Below are positions 30,697 through 40,383 of a DNA stretch of 49,531 nucleotides, in pieces. The notes below the pieces were generated by a model, which was given only the letters and a program-made list of their open reading frames with translations, was not told where the DNA came from and made no database searches. Each line of letters opens with the position of its first letter. Positions within the stretch are counted from its first letter, which is position 1. Origin of the DNA: Gammaproteobacteria bacterium (GTDB lineage Bacteria > Pseudomonadota > Gammaproteobacteria > SZUA-229). The stretch is from the NCBI GenBank assembly GCA_013042055.1, contig JABDQW010000024.1, positions 1 to 49,531 on the forward strand. Direction: 5' to 3'. The translations under genes and the position numbers were made by a program.

Positions 30697-32313
30697 TTAC
30701 TCTTCCTTGGCTATCCATGTGTTGAGCACTTGAGCGACGCGTTTGGGATCATCCTTTGCCATGGTACTGGCCATTTCCATTAGTTGTTGTCCACTCGGCT
30801 GTGTTTGATTGCTCAACGTCAGCTGATCTTCACCCAAGGCTAATTGTCCGGCGGCCTGCCCCGCTGGTAGCGCCTGTGCCGTGGCGTATCTGCCGTGCGT
30901 AGACAGGTTACGCAGCATCGGCCTGAGAACACCAAAGGCAATGAGCAACACGGCCAGAGCACCCAACAGCTGTTTGACTAGACTTAGAAGCCAGGGCTTT
31001 TCCCAAATCGGCACGTCGGGTAGCGGTTCGATATCTTCAGGCAAGCGGAACGGTGTATTGACAACGTTGATGGTGTCACCGCGGGCCTCGTTCAAACCCA
31101 CGGCTTCTCTAACCAGCGAGTTGATACGTTCCATTTCACCTGGCTCTAGCGATACTCGTTGAGTCTCACCGTTTTCATTCTGAGTCAGCCGATAATCAAC
31201 CACAACGGCCACCGAGAGCTTTTTCAAGGATACCGGTGAATTACGGATATGACTGATGGTTCGATCGACCTCATAGTTCCTGACCGAACGCGACGTATTC
31301 CGTATCGGCTGAGCTGCATTCGCCTGTTCTGACTGGAACTCTTCAGTGGTTCCCGCGGGTGGTGGTTGGTTGCTTAGCGCACCCGGGATCCCCATCGGAC
31401 CTTGCGAGTCCGTGCTTTCTTCAAACAGCTGTTCACTGCGCACAGCTGTTTGCTCCGGTTGATAACTTTCCCGGGTTTGTTCCTGTGCAGTAAAGTCCAC
31501 ATCGGCAACAACCTGCGCACGGACACCCTCCATGCCAACAATCGGACTAATGATATCGATGATACGTTTGACGTAGCGTTCTTCGAGTTTACGCGTGTAG
31601 TCGAACTGGGTACTGCTCAGCAGCAAATCGGCGGTCGAACTCTTGTTATTGAGCAGGCGACCTTTCTGGTCGATGATGGTCACGTTTTCGGCATCGAGCT
31701 CGGGCACGCTGGATGCCACCATGTTGACAATACCAGCAACCTGCATGTCATCGAGCGCCCTGCCTGGATAAAGATTGAGTAGCACCGAAACTGCTGGCTT
31801 GGATGATTTGCGTGCAAACGCCGACTGTTTGGGTATCGCCAGGTGGACACGCGCGCTTTCGACCACATTCAACTTGCTGATCGATTGTGCCAGTTCGCCT
31901 TCAAGTGCACGGTGATAACGCGCTTTTTGCAGAAAGCTGTTACTGCCGAATCCCTGGTCTTTTTCCAGTAGCTCAAAACCAACATCGCCGCCGTGTGGCA
32001 AGCCCTGCGTTGCCAGATTCATGCGTGCTTCATGGACCTTTTCCGCCGGCACCATGATCGCACCCGCACCACGCTCGAGCTTATACGGAATTGCTGTGTC
32101 GTCGAGCACCTGAGCCACCTGCGACATGTCCTTTGCACTCAGATTGCCGTAAAGCATGCTGTAGTTCGGTGACTGTGACCACATCGCGATAGTCACGCCC
32201 AACGCCACACTGAGCGCGAGTCCAATCATCAATCCCAATTGACGCAGCGCCGGGAGGGCGTTGAAACCCTGTGCCTGCGCTGATACATTCTCTGCTGACA
32301 CCAATGCCATCAA
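30697..32313 (-). CDS. fliF: flagellar MS-ring protein FliF
   Basis: 538 aa with N- and C-terminal TM helices and a YscJ/FliF periplasmic domain. Confidence 0.95.
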   Translation of the reverse strand: MMALVSAENVSAQAQGFNALPALRQLGLMIGLALSVALGVTIAMWSQSPNYSMLYGNLSAKDMSQVAQVLDDTAIPYKLERGAGAIMVPAEKVHEARMNLATQGLPHGGDVGFELLEKDQGFGSNSFLQKARYHRALEGELAQSISKLNVVESARVHLAIPKQSAFARKSSKPAVSVLLNLYPGRALDDMQVAGIVNMVASSVPELDAENVTIIDQKGRLLNNKSSTADLLLSSTQFDYTRKLEERYVKRIIDIISPIVGMEGVRAQVVADVDFTAQEQTRESYQPEQTAVRSEQLFEESTDSQGPMGIPGALSNQPPPAGTTEEFQSEQANAAQPIRNTSRSVRNYEVDRTISHIRNSPVSLKKLSVAVVVDYRLTQNENGETQRVSLEPGEMERINSLVREAVGLNEARGDTINVVNTPFRLPEDIEPLPDVPIWEKPWLLSLVKQLLGALAVLLIAFGVLRPMLRNLSTHGRYATAQALPAGQAAGQLALGEDQLTLSNQTQPSGQQLMEMASTMAKDDPKRVAQVLNTWIAKEE

Positions 32314-32347
32314 TCCTTATCCTGTAGAAGCGTGTTTATTTGCGGGA

Positions 32348-32671
32348 CTACACTTGCATGTTCATGATTTCCTTGTAGGCGGAAACCAGATTGTTGCGTA
32401 CCTGCGTCATCGCTTGAAACGACACACTTGCCTTCTGTATCGCCACCATGACTTCACTCAAGTTCACGTTTTTATCACCCGCCTCGAATGCGGCTGCCAG
32501 ATCTTTGGCTGTTTTTTGCGTCTCGTTAACTTCATTGACGGAGTTCTTCAATAATTGCCCGAAATCCACCTTGGCAGCTTCGACGTTCATATCCGTTGGC
32601 AGCTTGTTTTCTGCCATCGCGGCCATTGTGCGCATTTGGTGCAGAACCTGGCTTATATCGATCTCACTCAT
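32348..32671 (-). CDS. fliE: flagellar hook-basal body protein FliE
   Basis: 107 aa with the conserved C-terminus QVRNNLVSAYKEIMNMQV. Confidence 0.93.
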   Translation of the reverse strand: MSEIDISQVLHQMRTMAAMAENKLPTDMNVEAAKVDFGQLLKNSVNEVNETQKTAKDLAAAFEAGDKNVNLSEVMVAIQKASVSFQAMTQVRNNLVSAYKEIMNMQV

Positions 32672-32773
32672 GGTTGTAATCCTCTGTACACTTCAGTTGA
32701 TAACGCGGTCATTTGATTCGTCGTTCGACGGCCTGAATCCTTTGTTTGGTTGAAACAGGAAACAGGCCTGCTT

Positions 32774-34126
32774 TCAAACCGGCAGTGCTATACCTGCATC
32801 ACGCAACTTGGCCAGTTTGTAGCGTAACGTGCGTGGACTGATTCCCAGTTTTTCGGCCACCTCCTTACGACTGTTTTTGGCACGCAAAGCTGAAATAATA
32901 ATGTCAGCTTCCCGAGCCTTGAGATCACTACTGAGACTCTCGTCGATAGGTGCGTTGTTGCTGGTTATCTCGGTGTCTGCATTCGAACCGGTGGCTGCTG
33001 GCGCCAGCTCTTCAAAGCGGATATCACAGGCATTGACGCAGTTACCCGTGCGTAAAATCATCGCCCGTTGCACGACATTATCGAGTTCACGAACATTCCC
33101 TGGCCAGGGATGCTGCGTCAGCATCGCCATTGCTGACGAGCTAAAACTCACTACCGCTCCAGCGTCGACACAAGAGCGCATTAACTTTTTAGCGATCGGC
33201 AAGATATCGTCAGGACGTTCCCGCAAAGGCGCTATGTGCAATGGAAAGACGTTCAGCCGATAGAACAGATCCTCACGAAAACGTCCTTCGGCAACAACCT
33301 GGCGAATATCGCGATTTGTCGTTGCAAGTATGCGCACATCCAACGGTATCAGGTTGCGCCCACCGAGGCGCTCCACTTCGCGCTCCTGCAACACACGCAA
33401 CAACTTGGCCTGTAGCGCGAGATCCATTTCTGTGACTTCGTCGAGCAGCAAAGTGCCGCCCTGTGCCTGTTCGAATTTACCAGCTTTGGCTTGATACGCG
33501 CCGGTAAAAGCACCTTTTTCATAACCGAACAAAACGGATTCGAGCATATTCTCTGGAATGGCAGCGCAGTTGATCGCGACGAACGGACCGTTTGAGCGAT
33601 TTGAGTGCTGATGAATAAACCGGGAAACCACCTCCTTGCCGACACCGGACTCGCCGCTGATCATAACCGTGGCGTCGCTTGCCGCAACACGACGCGCCAC
33701 TTCCGCCAGCTGAAGGCTGCGTCGGTCGACTGCAATGAGTCCGTCCTCACCGCGGCTGGCAGGCACGACAAAACGCGCCACCATATCCACCAAGGTTTCA
33801 GCCTCGAACGGCTTTACTAGATAATCATTAGCGCCATCGTGCATCGCCTGCACGGCCTTTTCAATGGTTCCATACGCCGTCATTAGAACGACTGGTATCT
33901 GCGCATGAGTCGACTTCACCGCTTTGAGCAAGGCATATCCATCCATCGGTTGCATCTGCACATCGCTGAGCAGCAACGTAATGTTCGGGTTGATAGCAAC
34001 AAGACGCAATGCTTCCTGGCCATTCTCTGCGGTATCGACGCGATAGTTCGCCAACTGCAATGTCTCGCAAATCACTTCGCGCAACGCCGTATCATCTTCA
34101 ACCACTAGAATCGTACCCTGATTCAT
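32774..34126 (-). CDS. fleR: sigma-54-dependent flagellar response regulator (FleR / FlrC type)
   Basis: 450 aa. REC domain, then an AAA+ sigma-54 activator domain (GESGVGKE, EKGAFTGA), then a C-terminal Fis-type HTH. It lies downstream of a sensor kinase and upstream of fliE. Confidence 0.9.
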   Translation of the reverse strand: MNQGTILVVEDDTALREVICETLQLANYRVDTAENGQEALRLVAINPNITLLLSDVQMQPMDGYALLKAVKSTHAQIPVVLMTAYGTIEKAVQAMHDGANDYLVKPFEAETLVDMVARFVVPASRGEDGLIAVDRRSLQLAEVARRVAASDATVMISGESGVGKEVVSRFIHQHSNRSNGPFVAINCAAIPENMLESVLFGYEKGAFTGAYQAKAGKFEQAQGGTLLLDEVTEMDLALQAKLLRVLQEREVERLGGRNLIPLDVRILATTNRDIRQVVAEGRFREDLFYRLNVFPLHIAPLRERPDDILPIAKKLMRSCVDAGAVVSFSSSAMAMLTQHPWPGNVRELDNVVQRAMILRTGNCVNACDIRFEELAPAATGSNADTEITSNNAPIDESLSSDLKAREADIIISALRAKNSRKEVAEKLGISPRTLRYKLAKLRDAGIALPV

Positions 34127-35388
34127 ACGTTTACCTCTTTCTGATGATAAAATTCGATTGATTCTGCAACACTTATTGAACGATTCTTCAGGCCGAGCCT
34201 GTGCGAAACACCGTTGGTGATTTCACTGGGTAGAATTTGATTGCCTGTGCTCAACGGAAGTGTGATCGTGAAACAGCTGCCCTCACCTGGTGCAGAATGA
34301 ATATCAAACCTGCCGTTAAAACTGGATACGGTTGCGTTAACAACGGCCAGCCCAAGACCGGTACCATTGCGCCTGGTCGTGAAAAATGGTTCCAGGACCC
34401 GGTCTTTGATATCGTCCGAAATACCGCACCCATTATCCTCGAAGCTAAATTCGATCATATTGTTTTTGGTCTGGAATACCCTGATATTCAATTTCAGTGT
34501 ATCTTCGCAGGCTTCGATTGCGTTGTTGACCAAGTTCTGGAAGGCGCCGAACAAGGCGTCGCGGTTACCACATAAGCGGCTGTTGTCGCCCGGGCTCTGA
34601 ATCGTCAACATGATCCGTTCACCGTCAATTTGAGGCTCCTGAGCCTGCTTGAAATCCTCAATAAATTCCGCTACCGAAAAGGATTCCGTATCAGAGACTT
34701 CGCCCCGTGCAAAAATGAGCATATCATTGACCATGCGCTCGAGATGATGCAACCGTTCTTTGGCCTTGTCAGCAAAATGCGTTCTGTCCGCGCTCTGCGC
34801 TTGAGGATGACTGATATTTGACAAGTACAGTAATGCGGTCGCTAGCGGTGTTCGAATCTGGTGGGCAAGACTCGCAACCATCTCACCCAGCGATGTCAAA
34901 CGCTGTTGTCGGCTGACAAGCTCTTGTAACGCACGCGTTTCGGTCGTATCCGTAATCAATATGATCTTACCGGGCTCGGCATCCAGCGAACGAATGCAAA
35001 GACTAATCCAGCGACCGTCGTGCAAACGCAGTTCATCGCCATCGGTAACTAGAACACGCCGTGCCAATAAGTCCCACGCTCGTCCGATAAGATCTTCACC
35101 GAGCATGTCATGCGCAACCGGATTGGCCTGCGTAATTTGTCCTTGGCTATCCAGGACGACTATACCGGCTGGCAGCGTATCGAGCAGCCCTTCGAGCTTG
35201 TCAGCGAGTAGCTCCTTTTCGGCTAGTTGCTTCAGTCTTTCGCTGCGCGCCTCTGACAATTCCTTCGATAGATACTCGACTTGTGTTTGCAGATCACGAT
35301 AGGAGTCGGCCAGAGACATTGAAAGCTGATTAAACAGCTTGAACGCATCTTCTAGCTGAACATCATTCAAATTATCTTCATGATTCAT
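34123..35388 (-). CDS. fleS: flagellar sensor histidine kinase (FleS / FlrB type)
   Basis: PAS-like domain, H-box SLAHQIRTPLA, and HATPase N/G boxes. I prefer the ATG at 35388 (MNHEDNLND) over the TTG track start at 35415, given the sigma-54 promoter position. Confidence 0.88.
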   Translation of the reverse strand: MNHEDNLNDVQLEDAFKLFNQLSMSLADSYRDLQTQVEYLSKELSEARSERLKQLAEKELLADKLEGLLDTLPAGIVVLDSQGQITQANPVAHDMLGEDLIGRAWDLLARRVLVTDGDELRLHDGRWISLCIRSLDAEPGKIILITDTTETRALQELVSRQQRLTSLGEMVASLAHQIRTPLATALLYLSNISHPQAQSADRTHFADKAKERLHHLERMVNDMLIFARGEVSDTESFSVAEFIEDFKQAQEPQIDGERIMLTIQSPGDNSRLCGNRDALFGAFQNLVNNAIEACEDTLKLNIRVFQTKNNMIEFSFEDNGCGISDDIKDRVLEPFFTTRRNGTGLGLAVVNATVSSFNGRFDIHSAPGEGSCFTITLPLSTGNQILPSEITNGVSHRLGLKNRSISVAESIEFYHQKEVNV

Positions 35389-35432
35389 GGTGTATTCACT
35401 ACAACAGTTACACAATACTTTGCATAGCTAAA

Positions 35433-35448
35433 TGCAAGTAGTGTGCCC
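35433..35448 (-). promoter_or_regulatory. sigma-54 promoter upstream of fleS
   Basis: The minus strand reads GGGCAC-ACTAC-TTGCA with correct GG-N10-GC spacing, about 45 nt upstream of the ATG at 35388. Confidence 0.65.
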
Positions 35449-35683
35449 ACAATTATGTTTTCTTTTATTACAACAAGTTACACCGCACTTCTGCCTACAG
35501 CGCCAAACTGTCGTCGCCGTATAACGAACGCATGCCATGATTATGACGTCGCACTATCAGCGCCCATCGAATTTCTTTCAGCGAAGATCTAGGTGCTTCA
35601 AGCGCTTTCTTACGGCGGTGTTTTCAATCGCAATTGCGTCAATCAACTCGCATATAGGATACAAATAGACTAAAAACAGAATT

Positions 35684-36157
35684 ATGTCGGTATACTCTTA
35701 TGACAAACTGATCGAACAGACCCGCAGGCTCGCGGCAGACTTTCGCCGTACGACCGGCACCATGCTGCCCGTTTCCGGCGAAATCGCACGCCACGATGTG
35801 TCCCACTACCTGGGTCTGGAACTGAGTAACGACCAAACCGCGGGTTATGATGCGCTCGGCAAAAATGAGCGCGAAGGCTTGCGTATCCAGATAAAAAGTC
35901 GGGTTGTCGGTGATGCTGTGAAAGCGGGACACCGCATCGGCCAGCTAAATACACAGGGCAACTGGGATCGGGTGATTCTGTCATTGATGGACGATGATTT
36001 CGAACCCATTGAGATGTATGAAGCCTCACGCGACGAAGTCATTGAAGCCATCAATGGCGCAAATAGCAGCCGCAAAAAACGCGGTGCCCTGTCGGTTGCC
36101 AAGTTTAAGATCATCGGAGAGCTTGTCTGGGCAAAGGAGCTCGGCAAAATAGTTTAA
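35684..36157 (+). CDS. hypothetical protein, possible PD-(D/E)xK nuclease fold
   Basis: 157 aa. GEIARHDV...GYDALGKNEREGLRIQIKSR gives an E...D...QxK arrangement typical of restriction-endonuclease-like folds. It is the only plus-strand gene between two minus-strand operons. Confidence 0.5.
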   Translation: MSVYSYDKLIEQTRRLAADFRRTTGTMLPVSGEIARHDVSHYLGLELSNDQTAGYDALGKNEREGLRIQIKSRVVGDAVKAGHRIGQLNTQGNWDRVILSLMDDDFEPIEMYEASRDEVIEAINGANSSRKKRGALSVAKFKIIGELVWAKELGKIV

Positions 36158-36336
36158 GCATTCGCTGCGCGCACCGAACCCATTACATCTATCAATACCA
36201 AGCGCGACAATAATCCTAGCTTCCGCAGTTGACCGCTGTCACCGTTACTCAACGGAATCTAGGATAATCGAACACCTCGGTGAACCGGGCCGAATCTAAT
36301 TATGGCTGTTTAGTCGCGAATACCACAAACCTGAAA

Positions 36337-36822
36337 TCAGGTCGACAGGAACGACACACTGCCTTTACCATAGCCTGGAACCTCGATTTCGAAGTGGGCA
36401 CATCCAGCATCAGACTCTATGACGCTTTGTGCTGCCTCGGGGAGTTCATCGGGTGATGCGTAGACCTTGTCCAACCTGATATGAGGGCTTTTGCCCTTCA
36501 TGAACAGCCGTGAACAGATGTTCATGACTTCATGGTGATTTCCCAACATCATATCGGAGAAGTCACCGGATTCGGCAGCATCTTCAGCACCCGCAGGCGG
36601 GATTCGAGTCAACGCCGAGCCAGCATAAGCCACAAAACCGTAATCACAGATACATGCGGTTACTGGAACGTTGTCGTCATTCACGTATATAGCCACCACG
36701 CTTTTACTGCCCGCATCGCTCGCAACGGCAGTGCCTGTATCCAACGTCAAGGCATCGCCGTACAACATCGAAAGTATCTGAAGCAGATCGTTTTTATCGG
36801 GAACGGGATGAATCGCTGGCAT
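36337..36822 (-). CDS. CheX/CheC-like protein (putative CheY-P phosphatase fold)
   Basis: 161 aa. The overall pattern resembles CheX, including a candidate ExxN active-site motif (HHEVMNICS). It is the last gene of the chemosensory-like operon, with a good SD (GAGAGGTG). Confidence 0.45.
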   Translation of the reverse strand: MPAIHPVPDKNDLLQILSMLYGDALTLDTGTAVASDAGSKSVVAIYVNDDNVPVTACICDYGFVAYAGSALTRIPPAGAEDAAESGDFSDMMLGNHHEVMNICSRLFMKGKSPHIRLDKVYASPDELPEAAQSVIESDAGCAHFEIEVPGYGKGSVSFLST

Positions 36823-36859
36823 GTTTACACCTCTCGCTTGCAGATAGTTCTACCCTTGT

Positions 36860-37246
36860 TCAGCTCACTTCCGAGTATCCAGCATGTAGGCCCAAGGCAT
36901 TAAATTTTTTGAGCATGAGGTCCAGTGTTTTGTGATCCATAACACCCATGTCAACAAGGATCTCGCCTAACCGTGGCCGAGACTGCTGCTGCAGGGTCTG
37001 AAGCTGTGCGATCTCACTTTCGGTGAGGTAACCCAGCTTTTTAGCCATTGCTGTGAAGCTGTCACAGGAATCAGCTTGTTCGTTGTAAATTGACAGCACC
37101 TGCTTCACTGTCAAATAGCGTTTAGCTATCGCAATCCGTGAGATGTTTTCCTGTGATTTTTCCTGTCTGACTAATGCCTCCAGCACCATGGCATCGGTAA
37201 CAACGTCATTGTTGACGAGAAACTGGCCGAACTTAGTGACCTCCAT
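36860..37246 (-). CDS. stand-alone MshEN / T2SSE_N-like four-repeat protein (candidate c-di-GMP binder)
   Basis: 128 aa made of four 24-residue units at residues 5-28, 34-57, 63-86 and 92-115, each separated by exactly 5 residues. Units 1 (KFGQFLVNNDVVTDAMVLEALVRQ) and 4 (RLGEILVDMGVMDHKTLDLMLKKF) fit the RLGxxLVxxGhhxxxxLxxxLxxQ motif. Confidence 0.55.
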   Translation of the reverse strand: MEVTKFGQFLVNNDVVTDAMVLEALVRQEKSQENISRIAIAKRYLTVKQVLSIYNEQADSCDSFTAMAKKLGYLTESEIAQLQTLQQQSRPRLGEILVDMGVMDHKTLDLMLKKFNALGLHAGYSEVS

Positions 37247-37284
37247 TTGAGTGTCCTCTAGCCGTATTTTTTACCGGCAGTCTG

Positions 37285-37647
37285 TCAATTGATATACTGG
37301 CTCAACGTCGATTTGAACGATTCCGGCGTAAAGGGCTTGGCAATCAGGAACCGCGCCCCCATGGCGCTTGCCTTGTCCTTCATCTCCTTGGTTGCTTCCG
37401 TAGTGACGAACCCGAAAGGCGGGTTGATGCCATCGTCATTAATCGCTTTCAACAGCTCTGGACCCGTCATATTGGGCATGTTCCAGTCGCACAAAACCAG
37501 GTCGGGTTTGGCCGCCCGGATCATATCTAACGCTTGCACACCATCCTCTGCCTGAACGATTTCATGGCCGTCAAAGCCGGCTTCCCGCAGCGTCTTCATA
37601 ACAATTAGGCGCATTGCGAGACTGTCATCTATAACCATGATATTCAT
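37285..37647 (-). CDS. cheY: CheY-like single-domain response regulator
   Basis: 121 aa from MNIMVIDDS (SD AGGAG 8 nt upstream). Acidic pocket DD, phospho-acceptor in LVLCDWNMP, plus T (FVTTE) and K (AKPF). Confidence 0.88.
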   Translation of the reverse strand: MNIMVIDDSLAMRLIVMKTLREAGFDGHEIVQAEDGVQALDMIRAAKPDLVLCDWNMPNMTGPELLKAINDDGINPPFGFVTTEATKEMKDKASAMGARFLIAKPFTPESFKSTLSQYIN

Positions 37648-37710
37648 TAATGTTCTCCTACGTCTGAAATAAGAAAGTCTGTTTTTATCAATTATCATTA
37701 AAGATATGAT

Positions 37711-38850
37711 TCAAGTCCCAAACTTTGTTCCAGCATGTGTGAGCGCTATCAGCGTATCTGAAATCTTCTCTAAGGGTAGCACATTATCAGCAGCACCCAG
37801 GCTTACAGCTGTCCCCGGCATTCCCCACACCACACTGGTCGCTTCATCCTGAACGATCGTCGCCGCCCCTGTGTCCTGTATCTCCTTCAAGCCTTTAGCA
37901 CCATCATCCCCCATCCCCGTCAATAGTACGCCCACCGCATTCGCACCGGCACTCTGCGCAACAGAGCGAAAAAGTACATCGACCGCTGGCCTGTGGCGAT
38001 TCACTGCTGGACCATCATCCAGTTTGCAGTAGTAGTTCGAGCCTTTGCGTTCGATCAACAGATGCTTGTCACCAGGTGCTACGTAGACATGCCCGGTCAG
38101 TATGTGTTGGCCATGCTGTGCTTCACAAACAGTCATCGCACTGATACTGTCCATACGTTTTGCAAACCTTGCACTGAACAGCTCAGGTATATGCTGGGTA
38201 ATGACCATGGCCGGTGCATCGGCCGGCATCATCATCAATATCTCCTTGATCGCCTCGGTCCCACCTGTTGATGCGCCAATGGCTATAATCGAATCAGTAT
38301 TAACAAACTGATTGTGGCCGGTCCGTTTGTTAATAATTGCGTCTGCGTCTATTTTCTTGCGCAGTCGTCTCCGACCGTTAATTTGATTTCTAGTCAGTGT
38401 GTGTAACTTCGCGCCAGCAGCGGCTTTTAGTTTGCAAATAAGTTCTTCTCGGTATTGGGCCAGTGTATGCGCAAGGTCAACTTTAGGTTTAGCCACAAAA
38501 TCGACTGCGCCAAGTTCCAGTGCCTGAAGTGTAGTATCCGCACCTTTGTCAGTCAGATAGGAGACCATTACGACTGGTATCGGATGCAGGCGCATCAGAT
38601 TAGCAAGAAAGGTAAGACCATCCATCTTCGGCATTTCCACGTCCAGGGTCAGCACGTCCGGGCGGAGCTTTTTTATTTTTTCCCTTGCAACGAATGGGTC
38701 CATTGCGGTTCCAACCACTTCAACTTCTGGATCCATGTCAAGGATTTCCGTGAGTAACTTTCTCACCAGAGCCGAGTCATCAACCACCAGTACTTTGATC
38801 GGTCTAACCGCTCGCTCGCTATCGATACGTGTATTCATCGTGGAAGTCAT
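37711..38850 (-). CDS. cheB: chemotaxis response regulator protein-glutamate methylesterase
   Basis: 379 aa. REC domain plus a CheB_methylest domain (GASTGG, catalytic-site context AMVITQHIP). Confidence 0.93.
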   Translation of the reverse strand: MTSTMNTRIDSERAVRPIKVLVVDDSALVRKLLTEILDMDPEVEVVGTAMDPFVAREKIKKLRPDVLTLDVEMPKMDGLTFLANLMRLHPIPVVMVSYLTDKGADTTLQALELGAVDFVAKPKVDLAHTLAQYREELICKLKAAAGAKLHTLTRNQINGRRRLRKKIDADAIINKRTGHNQFVNTDSIIAIGASTGGTEAIKEILMMMPADAPAMVITQHIPELFSARFAKRMDSISAMTVCEAQHGQHILTGHVYVAPGDKHLLIERKGSNYYCKLDDGPAVNRHRPAVDVLFRSVAQSAGANAVGVLLTGMGDDGAKGLKEIQDTGAATIVQDEATSVVWGMPGTAVSLGAADNVLPLEKISDTLIALTHAGTKFGT

Positions 38851-38852
38851 GG

Positions 38853-39500
38853 TTAAAACAGGTCGATTTCACCTTCTATAGGTGCTTGCTCGAGAGAACG
38901 CAAGTATTCGCGCTCTCGACGTGTCAATTCAATGCCCTGGGACAGACCTAGTTTTTTAACCATGACTCTGCCAGAACGCGGGAAGTAATTTATCTTTCTG
39001 GAACAAGTACCACCAAGATCCTGCGCAACAATGGGTAGTGTTTCAGTTTGAAGATACTCTTTAACAAACGTGATATTACGTTGACCAACATCGGCCATGA
39101 GGCCGAGCATCTTGCCACCACCAAACAACTTGATTTCCAGACGCTCACGTCGGCCGCCGTACTTGAGGATGTCATTGATCAGATGTTCCATAGCAAAACC
39201 GCCATAGCGCGCTGCGGCACTGTCGTGCTCGCAGGTGCCTGCGTTTTTCCCGCACGGCAGCATGAAGTGGTTCATGCCTCCAATCCCGGCGACTGGATCA
39301 CGAATACAGGCTGAAATACATGAACCTAAGACAGTCGTAATTATTTCATCTTTATTGCTGAGATAATATTGACCTGGTAGCACTCTTGCTGTAATGCACT
39401 TGCTCGAACGATCCCAATAGCGCTTGACCGACTCAAAACCGGGTAATGTAGCAGGCAACTTTGGTTGATTGGTTTCATTGTTAACCACGCAGCAATTCAT
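38853..39500 (-). CDS. cheD: chemoreceptor glutamine deamidase CheD
   Basis: 215 aa. [14 protein letters not shown] contains the catalytic Cys context, followed by GGMNHFMLP. It has an unusual C-terminal tail ending GEIDLF. Confidence 0.9.
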   Translation of the reverse strand: MNCCVVNNETNQPKLPATLPGFESVKRYWDRSSKCITARVLPGQYYLSNKDEIITTVLGSCISACIRDPVAGIGGMNHFMLPCGKNAGTCEHDSAAARYGGFAMEHLINDILKYGGRRERLEIKLFGGGKMLGLMADVGQRNITFVKEYLQTETLPIVAQDLGGTCSRKINYFPRSGRVMVKKLGLSQGIELTRREREYLRSLEQAPIEGEIDLF

Positions 39501-39502
39501 TA

Positions 39503-40372
39503 TTACACCCTCTGATAGATGCTATTACCGATAAGCTTGAATCTATCAGTTATATTCTGCAGACTCTCTGAATGCCCGATAAATAAATGAGCTCCCGGCT
39601 GCATCAAATTTGCAAAACGCTCGAACAATGTACGCTGTGTTGGTTTATCAAAATAGATAACAACATTGCGGCAGAAGATAATATCGAATGGACCTTGCAT
39701 CGGCCAGGGCTGCATCAGGTTAAGTTGCTTGAAGGTGATCAATTTGCGTAAAGCTGGTGACACCCTTATCTTGCCATGTTGGCCCCTCCTGCCTCGAAGA
39801 AACCAGCTATGGATGCGCTGTTTGTCCAGTCCTTCAACGTCTTCTATTGAATAGACACCTTTAGCCGCAGTCCGCAGTACATTACTGTCCAAATCTGTGG
39901 CCAATATACGCACATCATAATTCTCTATATCCTCGATTACCTCACACAGTGTCATTGCCAATGAGTATGGCTCCTCACCGGTTGAGCACCCAGCCGACAT
40001 GATACGTATACGCCGTTGGGTACGATCGTTTTTGACCAACGTCGGCAGCAGGTCATTTGCAAGGTAATCGAAATGGTGCTCTTCCCGATAAAAATAAGTC
40101 AGATTGGTGGTAATCGAATTGATGAACTGTTCTATTTCGCTGTTATTGCCACTTCTGATCAGCTCACAATAATCACGAAACTGGCGTATACCAAGCGCCT
40201 GAAGCCGCTTGCGCAAACGCCCATATATGAGGCATCGTTTATGAGCTGCGAGACTGATTCCCGTGTGTTGACTCACGAGTTGTCGAATACACTCAAAATC
40301 CGCATCCGTGAATTCATGTGCCTGACTGATGGCACTGGCCGGTGTAACAGGTGACTGTGGCGATGAACGCAT
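39503..40372 (-). CDS. cheR: chemotaxis protein methyltransferase CheR
   Basis: 289 aa. N-terminal helical domain plus a SAM-binding domain (RIMSAGCSTGEEPYSLA). Confidence 0.93.
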   Translation of the reverse strand: MRSSPQSPVTPASAISQAHEFTDADFECIRQLVSQHTGISLAAHKRCLIYGRLRKRLQALGIRQFRDYCELIRSGNNSEIEQFINSITTNLTYFYREEHHFDYLANDLLPTLVKNDRTQRRIRIMSAGCSTGEEPYSLAMTLCEVIEDIENYDVRILATDLDSNVLRTAAKGVYSIEDVEGLDKQRIHSWFLRGRRGQHGKIRVSPALRKLITFKQLNLMQPWPMQGPFDIIFCRNVVIYFDKPTQRTLFERFANLMQPGAHLFIGHSESLQNITDRFKLIGNSIYQRV

Positions 40373-40383
40373 AGATCAGTCCT

